A stretch of DNA of 64,000 bases, taken from positions 1-64,000 of IMG/VR virus record IMGVR_UViG_2657245709_000001; one strand, given 5' to 3'. Below are positions 63,399-64,000 of this stretch, in pieces (within the stretch, counting starts at the first letter, position 1; every line of letters starts with the position of its first letter). This stretch comes from a virus. Lineage: Duplodnaviria > Caudoviricetes. The position numbers were made by a program, and so were the translations under genes. Below the pieces are notes generated by a model. The model was not told where the DNA came from. It worked only from the letters and a program-made list of their open reading frames with translations, and ran no database searches.

Positions 63399-63958
63399 GG
63401 TCGAGCCTCCGTCTCGGGCGCAGGGAGGAACAGATGCTTGCCGTCGGCGGACTGGCAGTACGCCTCCGGGTGTCCGGCAGGGCGGTCGCAGGGCCGGTAG
63501 TAAATGCCGCTCACGCCCTTGGTCTTGCCGCAGTGGCGGGCCTCCGTCTCGGGCGCGGCGGGCCACGGGGCGAGGAGGTCGCGTCCGCAGCGCGGGTGCA
63601 CGCAGATCCCGCCGTCGTCCAGCTCGTCGGCGGTCACCTCGTGGAAGTCGGCCCACCGGCTCGCGGGTACCGGCTTGTGGGCGAGGCAGTGCAGGAGGGT
63701 GCCCCGGCCCTGCCGGTAGCCGACGAGGCCGCTGGCCGCGCGCTCCGCGATCTCACGCTCGGTGGGCACCTCGGTGGCGCCCGCCCACGAGGTCGTCTCG
63801 GGCGCGGCCGAGGTCTCCGGCTCGGGCGCGGCGGCGACACCCGGGCAGTGGACCGGGCGCATACCGGGCTGCGGCTCCCAGGCGTGCGGCCCGTGGCCGC
63901 CACGGAGGAAGGCGAGGCTGCACGAGACGGTGGGCGCCGCCTCGTCCGGCTGCGCCAC
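63380..63958 (-). CDS. Modular Cys/His-rich protein (192 aa)
   Basis: Three small Cys/His modules separated by APET(EAR) linkers. Confidence 0.6.
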   Translation of the reverse strand: MAQPDEAAPTVSCSLAFLRGGHGPHAWEPQPGMRPVHCPGVAAAPEPETSAAPETTSWAGATEVPTEREIAERAASGLVGYRQGRGTLLHCLAHKPVPASRWADFHEVTADELDDGGICVHPRCGRDLLAPWPAAPETEARHCGKTKGVSGIYYRPCDRPAGHPEAYCQSADGKHLFLPAPETEARPWPQTT

Positions 63959-64000
63959 GGTGCGGGGCCCGCCCGCCTCGGCAGCCAGACGGCGCAGCAG

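Larger units (their letters stand above)
1..64000 (-). mobile_element. Temperate actinophage (prophage), long non-contractile tail type; extends beyond the window
   Basis: Integrase, lysis, tape measure, tail tube, capsid, portal and terminase genes in syntenic order. Many ATGA/GTGA/TGATG-coupled small genes. No host housekeeping genes seen. att sites not identifiable in the window. Confidence 0.95.

Noticed and set aside
1-64000. tRNA/rRNA genes, att core, reverse transcriptase/DGR, replicative helicase or polymerase
   Set aside because: None recognised by eye. The att sites and replication genes probably lie outside the window; a tRNAscan/Infernal run would be needed to exclude small RNAs.

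Overview
The whole 64-kb window is one high-GC temperate siphovirus-type prophage, very probably from Streptomyces or a close relative. It starts exactly at the integrase stop codon and continues past the right edge. Almost all genes are on the minus strand. Left to right: (1) tyrosine integrase, Xis-like HTH and XRE repressor (1-2239); (2) an accessory XRE-TPR regulator / HAD hydrolase module (2382-5843); (3) lysis cassette with a GH25 endolysin (5891-8350); (4) a palindromic repeat locus (8750-8930); (5) tail, head and packaging genes (8950-31010), including a tail chaperone with a probable -1 frameshift; (6) a second structural cassette upstream of the terminase (31037-34843); (7) putative late regulators, small genes and an orphan DNA methyltransferase (34840-43409); (8) a 10-kb operon under a divergent repressor (43441-53745); (9) a micropeptide + kinase pair, a secreted DUF3761-like protein and many small early genes (54091-64000). 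The operon in (8) is the most unusual part. It joins plasmid-spread-like membrane genes and clt-like 8-bp repeats to a glycan cassette: a UDP-HexNAc-type dehydrogenase, an unannotated 52-aa LAXTG sorting-signal micropeptide and a hyaluronan-synthase-like GT2. All family assignments come from motif recognition by eye; no database searches were run.
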